Source: Clostridia bacterium
GTDB taxonomy: Bacteria; Bacillota; Clostridia; Oscillospirales; Acutalibacteraceae
Direction of reading: 5' to 3'
Length of the DNA stretch: 64,000 nucleotides
NCBI GenBank assembly: GCA_017461625.1
Contig: JAFTXJ010000018.1
Span: forward strand, 34,781 to 98,780
The notes under the pieces are model-generated. The model worked only from the letters and a program-made list of their open reading frames with translations. It did no database searches and was not told where the DNA came from. Both the position numbers and the translations under genes were made by a program. Shown here piece after piece: positions 29,323-38,763 of the stretch (its first letter is position 1; each line of letters opens with the position of its first letter).

Positions 29323-29328
29323 AAAAAG

Positions 29329-29358
29329 AGAGAGCATACATAAGGTGTGCTCTCTTTT
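29329..29358 (+). terminator. Rho-independent terminator after tRNA-Arg
   Basis: AGAGAGCA-tacataaggtg-TGCTCTCT followed by TTTCC. Confidence 0.7.
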
Positions 29359-29441
29359 CCGTTAAAAGGGGGGCGGAATAATAATTGATTTAAAAATCAT
29401 TTTCTGTTATAATAACAAGCACTATGAGAGGTGAGAATAAT

Positions 29442-30575
29442 ATGTCTGCAACGATAAAATTAACTACAAGAATCGAACAAATAACGCTGGAACAAGGGAA
29501 ACGAATTCTTGTTACAAGTGATATTCACGGTCACCTCTCTTATTTGAAAAAAGTCTTAGAAAAAGCTTGTTTTTGTGATGATGACATTTTGTTTATCGTT
29601 GGAGATATAATTGAAAAAGGCCCCGAGAACCTTGAAACCTTGCATTATATTATGAAGCTTTGTAAACGAGGTAATGTTATCCCCCTTATAGGCAATGTGG
29701 ATGCATACAGACTGAAGCTAATATATGAGCTTTCTGAAGAAAATGTAAACGGTTTTTACAACTATCTTTTAAACCTGAGACAATGGTCAGGCACATCATT
29801 TTATGAGGAACTTGCCAATCAGTGTGGATACTCAATAAACAATCCCGAAGATATTCTGTTGTCAAAGCAAGCCGTTATATCTCATTTTGAAAATGAATTT
29901 AAATTTCTTGCTAACCTGCCCACTGTAGTAGAAACGCAAAAGTATATTTTTGTTCACGGCGGATTACGAGAAAAGCAAGTTTCGGCCAATGTTTACAAAA
30001 GCGTTTTTGATTTAACAAAATATGATGCTTTTGCCGAAAACACTCCCAATAGTTTTAATAAATATGTAATTGCAGGGCATTGGCCTGTTGTTTTGTACGG
30101 TGCCAATATGCCGCAAATGAACCCGATTATTAACCGTGAAAAGAAAATTATTTCTATAGACGGTGGATGCGGAGTAAAAAAAGACGGACAACTAAACCTT
30201 TTGATAATCCCCGATATAAACTGTTCTGTCGATGAAATATCTCATATAAGCTATGATGAAATCCCCACTGCATACGCTTTACAAGACCAGAATCCAAGCA
30301 CTGAATCCATATACATATCATGGCTTAACAGAGAAATCAGGATATTGAATAAAGGTAAAGAGTTTTCGTGTATTGAGCATATAAAAACCGGACAGAAATT
30401 ACAAATCCCAAATTCCTACCTTAGAAATGAAACAGAATGTTTTGACTATACCAACTACATTCTTCCTGTAAAGAAAGGTGATAGATTGTCAATTATTTCA
30501 AAAAGCTCAAAAGGTTATATCGTCAAAAAGGACGGTATTATCGGGTGGTATTGCGGAGATTTAGCAATTCAATAA
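29442..30575 (+). CDS. PPP-family metallophosphoesterase with degenerate third motif and C-terminal SH3-like domain
   Basis: SDIHGH, GDIIEKGP and GNVD (in place of GNHE/D). C-terminal KKGDRLSIISKSSKGYIVKKDGIIGWY. ATG 29442 follows GAGGTGAG. Confidence 0.7.
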   Translation: MSATIKLTTRIEQITLEQGKRILVTSDIHGHLSYLKKVLEKACFCDDDILFIVGDIIEKGPENLETLHYIMKLCKRGNVIPLIGNVDAYRLKLIYELSEENVNGFYNYLLNLRQWSGTSFYEELANQCGYSINNPEDILLSKQAVISHFENEFKFLANLPTVVETQKYIFVHGGLREKQVSANVYKSVFDLTKYDAFAENTPNSFNKYVIAGHWPVVLYGANMPQMNPIINREKKIISIDGGCGVKKDGQLNLLIIPDINCSVDEISHISYDEIPTAYALQDQNPSTESIYISWLNREIRILNKGKEFSCIEHIKTGQKLQIPNSYLRNETECFDYTNYILPVKKGDRLSIISKSSKGYIVKKDGIIGWYCGDLAIQ

Positions 30576-30593
30576 ACTCGTCATTACACATCA

Positions 30594-30628
30594 AGAGAGT
30601 ACGACCGTTAGGTTTGTGCTCTCTTTTT
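30594..30628 (+). terminator. Rho-independent terminator
   Basis: AGAGAGTAC-gaccgttaggttt-GTGCTCTCT followed by TTTTAC. It resembles the terminator at 29329. Confidence 0.7.
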
Positions 30629-30706
30629 ACTATTCAGATGCTGATTAAGAATTGATTTAGCACTCACTTTATGATACAATAATAAGAGTTACAGAGGTGA
30701 AATCAT

Positions 30707-31669
30707 ATGAACTTAAAGGAATATCTTAAAACATCTACCATCAGACCTCAGGAAGGCGATAAGGTAGAATATATGAGTTTTCAAAGAAGAATGATAAGCA
30801 ATGTTCTTGTTAACTCTCAAAGGCTGACTCCCGGAGTCGGCTGTTCTTATGATGCTGATGTTACAAAGCTTATCGAAGAATACAAAAAGCTTAAATCCAC
30901 CTGCGGTTATGACCTGACTTTTAACACCATTATGTTAAAAGTATTGGTTGAATGCCTCAAGGCTGCACCGAAGCTTAACGCTCACTTTCTTTACAATCAC
31001 TTTTCGGGAAACGGAAAGCTGATTATAAAAAAACATATTGATGTTTCAATCGCCATAAATCTTGATAACGACCAGACTTTTCAGGTTAAAGTAATGAACC
31101 TTGAAGAAAAGAATTTAAAAGAAACCGCTTTTCTTGCTGAAGAAGCTAAAAGAAAGTTGCGGAATACCAAACTTGACGACATTATGTTTGAAGTAGCAAG
31201 GCAGAGAATTATCGGTCTGATTATTCACGGACATCTCCTCTCCCCTATATGTCAAACTATAATGGCGTGTTTCGGTAAAGGGAAAGCCATTAGCCTTACC
31301 AAAAGCCTTAAATCAGATTTTCGCAAGTTGATGAAAAAAGAAAAAATCGAAGATACTCTTAAAATGAAAGAGCTGAATGAAGGCTCCGTTTGCTTCACAA
31401 ACTGGGGAACTCTTTATGACGACCTCGATGTAAATATCACTTATATTCCACCGCTTTATCCTCAGGTTTTTATGTTTGGTATGGGCAGGGTTAAGGATGT
31501 TGATTTTGTATATAAAGATGAAGAAGATAACCTTCAAATGGGGACAAAGAAGATCTTGCCATTATCTTTAATTTTTGACCATAAAATAGGCGGAGCTACT
31601 GACCTGATGCCATTCATTAAAAAGCTTGATGAAATTTTAAAAAATCCCGAAATTATTCACACATGGTAA
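30707..31669 (+). CDS. Stand-alone 2-oxoacid dehydrogenase E2-type acyltransferase catalytic domain protein (no lipoyl domain)
   Basis: C-terminal LSLIFDHKIGGATDL matches the DHRxxDG catalytic-His motif (His codon at 31580-31582). There is no lipoyl or E1/E3-binding region, and a Lys-rich insertion sits mid-protein. Confidence 0.65.
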   Translation: MNLKEYLKTSTIRPQEGDKVEYMSFQRRMISNVLVNSQRLTPGVGCSYDADVTKLIEEYKKLKSTCGYDLTFNTIMLKVLVECLKAAPKLNAHFLYNHFSGNGKLIIKKHIDVSIAINLDNDQTFQVKVMNLEEKNLKETAFLAEEAKRKLRNTKLDDIMFEVARQRIIGLIIHGHLLSPICQTIMACFGKGKAISLTKSLKSDFRKLMKKEKIEDTLKMKELNEGSVCFTNWGTLYDDLDVNITYIPPLYPQVFMFGMGRVKDVDFVYKDEEDNLQMGTKKILPLSLIFDHKIGGATDLMPFIKKLDEILKNPEIIHTW

Positions 31670-31688
31670 ACTTTTCAGAGGTGATTTC

Positions 31689-31985
31689 ATGCCCGAAATT
31701 TTAGAAGTAATTATGATAATCAGCTTTGGTATTTCCTGGCCGTTGAATGTTATAAAATCATACAAATCCCACACTGCAAAAGGTAAAAGCCTCGGCTTTT
31801 TATGCCTGATTATTTTTGGCTACATAGCAGGCATTACATCCAAATTTATTAACCCTGCTTTTATGGCAGACATTTCACACAAGTGGTATGTTTTGTTTTT
31901 CTACTTTTTAAACTTGTTTATGGTCAGCCTTGATTTGATTATTTACTTCAGAAACAAAAAGCTTGATAAGGAAAATGCAAAATGA
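31689..31985 (+). CDS. Small 3-TM PQ-loop/SemiSWEET-like membrane protein
   Basis: 98 aa. WPLNVIKSYKSHTAKGKSLGF resembles the PQ-loop motif. The stop overlaps the next start (ATGA). Confidence 0.5.
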   Translation: MPEILEVIMIISFGISWPLNVIKSYKSHTAKGKSLGFLCLIIFGYIAGITSKFINPAFMADISHKWYVLFFYFLNLFMVSLDLIIYFRNKKLDKENAK

Positions 31986-32731
31986 AACTTTTATCAATCG
32001 GCAACAGCTTTTCAACCGATGCCCACAAATGGCTTCACAAATTAGCTGAAATCAACGGAATAAATATTGAAACCGCAAACCTTTTTATCGGCGGTTGCAG
32101 TCTTGAAACACATTGGGAAAATTTTACCCAAAATAATGCCTACTATTCTCTTGAAATCAACGGCAATGAGGGTGAAAAGCTGATAAGTATTCCTCAGGCT
32201 CTTGCAATGGATAAATGGGATGTTATCACCTTTCAGCAGGCAAGCCATTTCAGCGGAATAGAAGAAACCTATGAGCCGTACCTCACAAGCCTTGCAGATG
32301 CCGTAAAAAAAGCTCAACCACAGTCTAAGCTTTATTTTCACCAAACCTGGGCTTATGAAACGGACTCGCTCCACCCCGGATTTGCCGACTATAACCATAG
32401 TCAACAAGAGATGTTTGAAAGAATTGTTTCTGCCTCGCAAAACGCAGCAAAAGCAATCGGTGCAGAAATTATTCCGACAGGTTCAGTTATTCAAAGATTA
32501 CGCAAAACCGTTCCGGAGTTTGATTACGGAAACGGTGGTATTTCCCTTTGCCGTGACGGGTTTCATCTCTCTTTCGATTACGGCAGATTCACCGCAGCGG
32601 CTGTGTGGCTCCGCTCTTTGACGGGTATAAAAATTCAGTGCGATTGCTTCGAAGATTTTGACACCGCACTGCTAAATAAAATTTTAGAAGTTGTAAACAA
32701 CATATATGCAAAAACGCCACAGCAGAATTAA
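31982..32731 (+). CDS. DUF4886 domain protein (SGNH-hydrolase-like)
   Basis: MKLLSIGNSFSTDAHKWL...FIGGCSLETHW...DGFHLS. Confidence 0.7.
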   Translation: MKLLSIGNSFSTDAHKWLHKLAEINGINIETANLFIGGCSLETHWENFTQNNAYYSLEINGNEGEKLISIPQALAMDKWDVITFQQASHFSGIEETYEPYLTSLADAVKKAQPQSKLYFHQTWAYETDSLHPGFADYNHSQQEMFERIVSASQNAAKAIGAEIIPTGSVIQRLRKTVPEFDYGNGGISLCRDGFHLSFDYGRFTAAAVWLRSLTGIKIQCDCFEDFDTALLNKILEVVNNIYAKTPQQN

Positions 32732-32753
32732 CTGCCGTGGCTGAATTTTTGTC

Positions 32754-33443
32754 TTATTTCTTAAGCTTTGCAAGAATCATATTTGCACAATCAATCTGGT
32801 TGGGGATGTTGCCGTTTTCATCGCGAACTCTCCAAATGTCGGGAGTAATTTCATCAGCAACATATACCTTGCCGTTTTCGTCATAACCGATTTCAATCTT
32901 GAAGTCGATAAGAGTAAGGTTCATTGTAGCAAGCTCCGCTTTGAGAACCTCACCAACGCGAACCAATACATCAATAGCTTCGTCATACTGACCCTCTTTA
33001 AGAAGACCTTTCATAAGGCAGATACGCTCACTGATGAGGGGGTCGCCTTGTTCGTCACTCTTAAGAGTAACCTCTGTGTAAGGTGGGTTGAATTCAATAC
33101 CCTCTTCAAGGTCAAAACGGCGGCACATGCTGCCTGCTGTCTGATAACGAAGAACAAACTCAAGTCTCGGAACTGTGAGATTGCGAACCTTCATAAGGCC
33201 CTGGCTAATATCGCCACCAAGGTAATGTGTGGGAATTCCGTTCTTTTCCATAAGTTCAAAGAAATAAGTTGAAACCTCAAGGCCAACCTTACCTTTGCCC
33301 TCAACGCTGCCGCCTACTGAGTTTGAGCCGGGGTCGAAAACACCGTTTTCGCCTGTTGCTGAATCTTTAAAGAAAAGATGAACAATGCCGGTTTCTTCAT
33401 CGAGAAGAACGTTTTTGGTTTTTCCTTCATATAACTGCTTCAT
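32754..33443 (-). CDS. purC: Phosphoribosylaminoimidazole-succinocarboxamide synthase
   Basis: MKQLYEGKTKNV...; SAICAR synthetase features. ATG 33443 is preceded by GGAAGGAG. Confidence 0.95.
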   Translation of the reverse strand: MKQLYEGKTKNVLLDEETGIVHLFFKDSATGENGVFDPGSNSVGGSVEGKGKVGLEVSTYFFELMEKNGIPTHYLGGDISQGLMKVRNLTVPRLEFVLRYQTAGSMCRRFDLEEGIEFNPPYTEVTLKSDEQGDPLISERICLMKGLLKEGQYDEAIDVLVRVGEVLKAELATMNLTLIDFKIEIGYDENGKVYVADEITPDIWRVRDENGNIPNQIDCANMILAKLKK

Positions 33444-33530
33444 AAAAGGAGCTCCTTCCAATATCGCCGTCTGCCAAAAGGTATGCTGTCACGATAAAAT
33501 AAATTTGGGACATTCACAACCCATGGCGGT

Positions 33531-33560
33531 ATTATATCACACAAATATTTTATATATCAA
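33531..33560 (-). promoter_or_regulatory. Putative purC promoter
   Basis: On the minus strand: TTGATA, 18 nt, TGaTATAAT (extended -10). Confidence 0.45.
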
Positions 33561-33688
33561 CAAAAAATTACCCTTTTTTCAAATTTTTATTTCATTTATA
33601 ATTATTTGCACTGATATGCCACATCTTTTGTATGTATTTACAAAAAAAGTTTCTTCTAATGACTCTTTTATCAAAGTTTTCTTTTTGA

Positions 33689-33717
33689 TTGCAAAAACTA
33701 TATATGTTTGCTATAAT
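33689..33717 (+). promoter_or_regulatory. Putative promoter of the tagF-like operon
   Basis: TTGCAA, 17 nt, TATAAT, about 35 nt upstream of ATG 33753. Confidence 0.45.
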
Positions 33718-33752
33718 GTGTATATATAAATATTCAAGGAGTGTTAACATAA

Positions 33753-34904
33753 ATGAGAGAAAAGCTTTCAGTGTTTTGCTTTAACTTAATCAAATTTATC
33801 ACTGCACTTTTACCATTTAAAAACAATATAATTTTTGAAAGCAACCCTATCTTCGCAGACAACGCTTTTGCTGTTTATAAAGAATTTTTAAAACGCGGAT
33901 ATAATAAAAAATATAAACTGATATGGTTAATTAACGGAAATAATTATTCCGACACCCTGCCTTACAACGTTTCTGTTGTTAAACGAGACGGTTCACTTTC
34001 AGAAAAACTTATATACTATTGGATACTCTCTCGGTCAAAGTTCATTATCGATTCTAACAATTTTGTAAAAAAAGTTCATAGAAGGCAAATTCGCATACAT
34101 CTCAAGCACGGACTACCCATAAAAGATGCATCTCAATATACCAAAACAATCGGCGAATTAGATGTGCTATGCGTTCCGTCTGATTATTGGATTAACGTAA
34201 GTGCCAAAGAGCATAATGTTGATCCGTCAGTTATCAAGCCATTGGGCTTCCCCAGAAACGACGTACTCGTTCCTCATCCGCATGAGTTTAAAACAATCAT
34301 GTGGATGCCGACCTTCCGTAAAAACTCATTGGACACGGAATCTGATATTCATTTCGATTTCAACTCCATAATGCCACTTGGTCTTCCGTTTATTTCAAAT
34401 ATTGAATCATTGCAAAAAATAAACGAACTTTTTAAAACTAATAACGCATATCTGCTTGTGCGACTTCATCCGGCACAGGACCTTTCGGGCATCTCTCTTT
34501 CAGAGATGTCGAATGTGAAAATTTGTAATGATGAATTTATAAAAAGTCATAACACCTCACTGTATAAAATTCTTACTTACACTGATGCTTTGATTTCGGA
34601 TTACTCTTCAATTTATTATGACTATCTTCTTTTAAACAAGCCCATTGCTTTGGCAACATTTGATTTTGAACATTACAAAAATCACAACGGCATCATTGTC
34701 AAAAATTATGATGAATTCAAAAAAGCTTTTCCCTCTGTTTTTGTTGAAAGCTTTGATGATTTAATTGCATTTTTCACTGATATTTTTAACGATAATCCCG
34801 ATGCGTATAAATGTGCCGAGGCAAAAGAACGATATATGAAAGATTGCGATTCACATTCAGCAGAAAAAATCGTTGATTACATAGCCAACAACTATAAATT
34901 ATAA
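33753..34904 (+). CDS. CDP-glycerol glycerophosphotransferase family protein (TagB/TagF-like)
   Basis: 383 aa with family-typical LISDYSSIYYDYLLLNKPI and HP...L region. Confidence 0.85.
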   Translation: MREKLSVFCFNLIKFITALLPFKNNIIFESNPIFADNAFAVYKEFLKRGYNKKYKLIWLINGNNYSDTLPYNVSVVKRDGSLSEKLIYYWILSRSKFIIDSNNFVKKVHRRQIRIHLKHGLPIKDASQYTKTIGELDVLCVPSDYWINVSAKEHNVDPSVIKPLGFPRNDVLVPHPHEFKTIMWMPTFRKNSLDTESDIHFDFNSIMPLGLPFISNIESLQKINELFKTNNAYLLVRLHPAQDLSGISLSEMSNVKICNDEFIKSHNTSLYKILTYTDALISDYSSIYYDYLLLNKPIALATFDFEHYKNHNGIIVKNYDEFKKAFPSVFVESFDDLIAFFTDIFNDNPDAYKCAEAKERYMKDCDSHSAEKIVDYIANNYKL

Positions 34905-34916
34905 AGGGTGAAGTAT

Positions 34917-35567
34917 ATGAATATTGCTTTAATCTTAAGTGGTGGAGTCGGAAAAAGATTTGCTTCAGATTTGCCGAAACAATATAACTTAATTAACGGA
35001 AAGCCTGTTATTGATTATGTTATTGAGGCTTGCCAAAACTCAAAGCTTACAGATAAAGTTATAGTAGTTTGTGACCCCTCGTGTAAACAATTCAGCAAAT
35101 ACCTTGAAAACGATGAAGTCGAAACTATTGTTAACGGTAAAGAACGCTATGACTCATTGAACAACGGTATCGAATTCATCAAAGAGCATTATAATTGCAA
35201 AAATATCTGTATCCTTGATGCTGCAGCACCGCTGGTTTATCCGGGTCTGCTTGATGAATATTTCACAAAGCTTGATGAATACGAGTGTGCAATAACCTGC
35301 AGAAAAATCACAGGCGAAATAGGAAATTATCATAATGACATTTTTGTAAGAGACGATTACTATCTGATGCAATCACCCGAAGCATTTCATTTTGAGCTTA
35401 TAACTAAACATTTTCGTCCGGATTTTTATTCTTCGGAGCTTGTTTATCAAATGCCTAAAGAAACCACGCGTTATCTAAACTTTAACTTTAATCATCACAT
35501 AAAAATCACTTACGACACTGACTTGATTTGTGCAGAGGCATTGATAAATTATTTTAGCAACAAATAA
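34917..35567 (+). CDS. IspD/TarI-family sugar-phosphate cytidylyltransferase
   Basis: MNIALILSGGVGKRF...PKQY. ATG 34917 follows AAGGGTGAAG. Confidence 0.8.
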   Translation: MNIALILSGGVGKRFASDLPKQYNLINGKPVIDYVIEACQNSKLTDKVIVVCDPSCKQFSKYLENDEVETIVNGKERYDSLNNGIEFIKEHYNCKNICILDAAAPLVYPGLLDEYFTKLDEYECAITCRKITGEIGNYHNDIFVRDDYYLMQSPEAFHFELITKHFRPDFYSSELVYQMPKETTRYLNFNFNHHIKITYDTDLICAEALINYFSNK

Positions 35568-35649
35568 CATTCTTTATCCAATATTTACTTGCCAAATGAG
35601 AAAAAATCAGGTATAATCTTTTTAATATTCTTTTGAAAGGGCGGATATC

Positions 35650-36621
35650 ATGTTAGCTTTTTTGCAACAAGTTCTCGCATTTATTTTAGCAACACTTCAG
35701 ACTTTCATTCCTTTTGTAAGCTATCATCCTGTTGATGAGGATGAAATTTTACTTAACGTAGCTATGATTTCCGACACACATCTTGACGACCGTTTCCCCG
35801 GCGGTAAAATGAACCTCGCGTTCGGGCTTAAAGATATTGCACGTAACAGCACCCCCGCTGACGCAGTTATCGTTGCAGGCGATCTCACCAACTATGGTGA
35901 CGAGGCTTCTGTTGCTTGCTTCTACGAAGTTATGAATAAGCATTGTGCAACAGATCCATCAGCATGGATTGTTGCCACCGGTAACCACGAAATCGGACAT
36001 CCCGAAGAATTCACCAACGAAGAAGCACGTCAGAACTTTATCAAGTACCACAAGCAGTACACCAATCACAACATTGAAAACGTTTATTACAGTGCGGATG
36101 TTGACGGCTACACATTTATTGTTATGGGTGACCAGAGTGAAGACAATTGGGACAGCTGTGACATTTATGACGACCAGCTCGCTTTCCTTGATGCTGAGCT
36201 CGCACGTGCAACTGCCGACGGCAAACCTGCATTTGTTATTTGCCACGTTCCTGTTGAAGGTGTTAACGGTCAGGATGTTATTTATGAAGACGGTGGTCTT
36301 GACCCTGACGTTACCGAAAAAGTTACCGCAATTATGGAAAAATATAACAATGTAGTTTTCATCAGCGGTCACGTTCACACCGGTATCAACGGACCTGTTC
36401 TTCAGAACCTTTTCAGTGAAGACTTCTGTTGCGTTGAAGAGCATGACGGCGTTACATATGTGAACCTTCCCACCTATGGTCTTGTTAACCGCTATGGTAT
36501 TCCGTGGAACGGTATGGGCTTCTGGATGGAAGTTTATGAGGATGAAATCGTTCTTCGCGCAAGAAAATTCAACACCTCAAGATGGTATGGCAATTACACT
36601 TTTACTGTTGAACTCGACTAA
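35650..36621 (+). CDS. Secreted/membrane-anchored calcineurin-like metallophosphoesterase
   Basis: N-terminal hydrophobic anchor, then SDTHLDD, GDLTNYG, GNHE and GHVHTG. Confidence 0.8.
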   Translation: MLAFLQQVLAFILATLQTFIPFVSYHPVDEDEILLNVAMISDTHLDDRFPGGKMNLAFGLKDIARNSTPADAVIVAGDLTNYGDEASVACFYEVMNKHCATDPSAWIVATGNHEIGHPEEFTNEEARQNFIKYHKQYTNHNIENVYYSADVDGYTFIVMGDQSEDNWDSCDIYDDQLAFLDAELARATADGKPAFVICHVPVEGVNGQDVIYEDGGLDPDVTEKVTAIMEKYNNVVFISGHVHTGINGPVLQNLFSEDFCCVEEHDGVTYVNLPTYGLVNRYGIPWNGMGFWMEVYEDEIVLRARKFNTSRWYGNYTFTVELD

Positions 36622-36685
36622 CAAAATTCCCTCTCGATTTGCGTAATCGGGAGGGTTTATTTCAATATTTTCAGGAGGATTTATT

Positions 36686-37588
36686 ATGTTAGATAAAATT
36701 TCAGAAGCATTGGGTCTTGTTCTCAGAGAAGAATGGGCTTTTAAGAACATTTTCTATTACCTTGGACAGGCTTTCAGCTCTTTCTCTATAAAAGGATTTT
36801 TTGCAGGGATGCTTGCCGTTATTGAAATGTTTGGTATGCTGTTTTTCGGTTTACCCACAACACCGAGAGGGCAGGAACTTGACCTGACAGGTTATAGCCT
36901 TGTATTTTACGATGAATTTGAAGGCGATACCCTTGACACATCCAAATGGCAGACAAGAGGTAACGGACCGAGACGCGGAGGCTACAATGCCCCAAGTCAG
37001 GTTTTTGTAAGAGACGGCAACCTTGTTATTGCAGGTGAATATCTTACCGACGGTGAATACGGTGAAGGTTGGTATGCAGGTGCCGTTAAGCTCAATGAGC
37101 GTTACACACGTGGTTATTTTGAAATCCGTTGCATCTGCAACCCCGGTGAAGACTTCTGGAGTGCATTTTGGATTCAGGCTGATGCCCCCTACACCGCTTC
37201 AGTTTCAAAAGGTGGCATAGGCGGAGCTGAAATTGACATTTTTGAAGCTTTCAGCTACGGTAAAAAAATCGGTGGCAACTGTGTAGCCCACACCATTCAC
37301 TGCGCAGGTGTTGACGGAGTGGAAGAAGGATTCCAGTCAGCAGTTCTCGGTGATTTCTACGGAAATAACATTTTCGAAGAATATAACACCTACGGCCTTG
37401 AATGGACTGAGGATGAATATATTTTCTACATCAACGGGGTTGAGTCGGTACGCTCCAGCTTCGGTAACGGAACATCTCAGGTACCGGAGGACGTTATTGT
37501 TTCTTTGGAATTCCCCAACGACATCACTCAGGACAAGGATTTCTATACAGAGTATATCGTAGATTACGTTAAAATTTATCAGAAATAA
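36686..37588 (+). CDS. Glycoside hydrolase family 16 protein, membrane-anchored
   Basis: GH16 catalytic motif GGAEIDIFE and an N-terminal TM segment. Confidence 0.85.
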   Translation: MLDKISEALGLVLREEWAFKNIFYYLGQAFSSFSIKGFFAGMLAVIEMFGMLFFGLPTTPRGQELDLTGYSLVFYDEFEGDTLDTSKWQTRGNGPRRGGYNAPSQVFVRDGNLVIAGEYLTDGEYGEGWYAGAVKLNERYTRGYFEIRCICNPGEDFWSAFWIQADAPYTASVSKGGIGGAEIDIFEAFSYGKKIGGNCVAHTIHCAGVDGVEEGFQSAVLGDFYGNNIFEEYNTYGLEWTEDEYIFYINGVESVRSSFGNGTSQVPEDVIVSLEFPNDITQDKDFYTEYIVDYVKIYQK

Positions 37589-37600
37589 TTGGAGTTTTAA

Positions 37601-38626
37601 ATGTTATCTTTTGAATGTGATTATAATTGCGGTGCACATCCTGCAATTCTTGAAAGCTTGATTAAAACCAACTTTGTGCCACAGTCAGGTTATGGGTTTG
37701 ATGAATACTCTGACTCTGCAAAAGAAAAAATCAGAGCAGCCTGTAACTGCCCTGATGCAGAAATCTTCTTTCTTGTTGGCGGCACTCAATCAAATGCTGT
37801 TGTTATTGACTCACTGCTTAAATCTTACGAAGGTGTTGTTTGTGCCGACACGGGTCACATCGGCACTCATGAAGCAGGCGCTGTTGAAGCTTGCGGACAT
37901 AAGGTGCTTACTCTGCCCAATCATCAGGGCAAAATCTGTGCAAACGAGCTTTCAGTTCTACTCAAAAACTTTTATGCAGACGAAAACTATGAACATATGG
38001 TGTTCCCCGGAATGGTTTATATTTCTCACCCGACGGAATACGGAACACTGTATTCAAAACAGGAATTAAGTAACATTTCTTCAGTTTGCAGGGAATATGA
38101 AATTCCACTTTATATTGACGGAGCAAGGTTGGCTTATGGTTTAATGAGTAAGCAAACTAATGTTTCACTTGCCGATATCGCAGAGCTTTGCGATGTGTTT
38201 TACATCGGCGGAACAAAATGTGGAACCCTTTGCGGCGAAGCTGTTGTTTTTACAAAAAATAATATGCCAAAGCACTTTTTGACCATAGTGAAAAATCACG
38301 GTGCTCTCCTTGCAAAGGGCAGACTAACAGGTGTTCAGTTTGATACCCTTTTCACCGATAATCTTTATTTTAAAATAGGCAGATATGCAAATAATCTGGC
38401 AGAAACACTTAAAAACGGATTAAAGGATAAAGGGTACAAAATTTTTATAGACTCCCCTACCAATCAGCAATTTGTAGTTCTTGAAAACAAGACTATGGAA
38501 GAGCTCAAAAACAAGGTTTCATTTTCATATTGGGAAGTGTTTGATGAGAACCACACCGTTGTCCGCTTTGCAACAAGCTGGGCAACCACCCGAGCAGATG
38601 TTGAAAAGCTGCTGGAGATTTTGTAA
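37601..38626 (+). CDS. ltaE: Low-specificity L-threonine aldolase (beta-eliminating lyase family)
   Basis: 341 aa with DGARL...YIGGTKCG (PLP Lys) and family-typical N-terminus DYN.GAHP. Confidence 0.8.
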   Translation: MLSFECDYNCGAHPAILESLIKTNFVPQSGYGFDEYSDSAKEKIRAACNCPDAEIFFLVGGTQSNAVVIDSLLKSYEGVVCADTGHIGTHEAGAVEACGHKVLTLPNHQGKICANELSVLLKNFYADENYEHMVFPGMVYISHPTEYGTLYSKQELSNISSVCREYEIPLYIDGARLAYGLMSKQTNVSLADIAELCDVFYIGGTKCGTLCGEAVVFTKNNMPKHFLTIVKNHGALLAKGRLTGVQFDTLFTDNLYFKIGRYANNLAETLKNGLKDKGYKIFIDSPTNQQFVVLENKTMEELKNKVSFSYWEVFDENHTVVRFATSWATTRADVEKLLEIL

Positions 38627-38645
38627 AATAACTAACATTTCAACC

Positions 38646-38675
38646 AAAGTCGCTTCACTTGAGGCGACTTTTAAA
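38646..38675 (+). terminator. Rho-independent terminator
   Basis: AAAGTCGCTTC-actt-GAGGCGACTTT (11 bp including one G-T) followed by T-rich sequence. Confidence 0.7.
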
Positions 38676-38763
38676 TATAAACCTTACTGTTTTTAGCACA
38701 AAAAATCAGGAACATTTTAATTCTTTCTGTTATAATTCGATTACAACGAAAGGAGGAAAAGAT

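Noticed and set aside
33444-33530. The purC 5' leader might be a purine or ZTP riboswitch.
   Set aside because: The leader is only about 80 nt. It lacks the conserved purine-riboswitch junction sequences, and the CCGCC...CGTGAC pieces are in the wrong order for a ZTP (pfl) fold.
35959-36444. A 161-aa minus-strand ORF, with a similar case at 58644..59123.
   Set aside because: They are antisense to a metallophosphoesterase and to leuB respectively. Neither has an SD or homology features.
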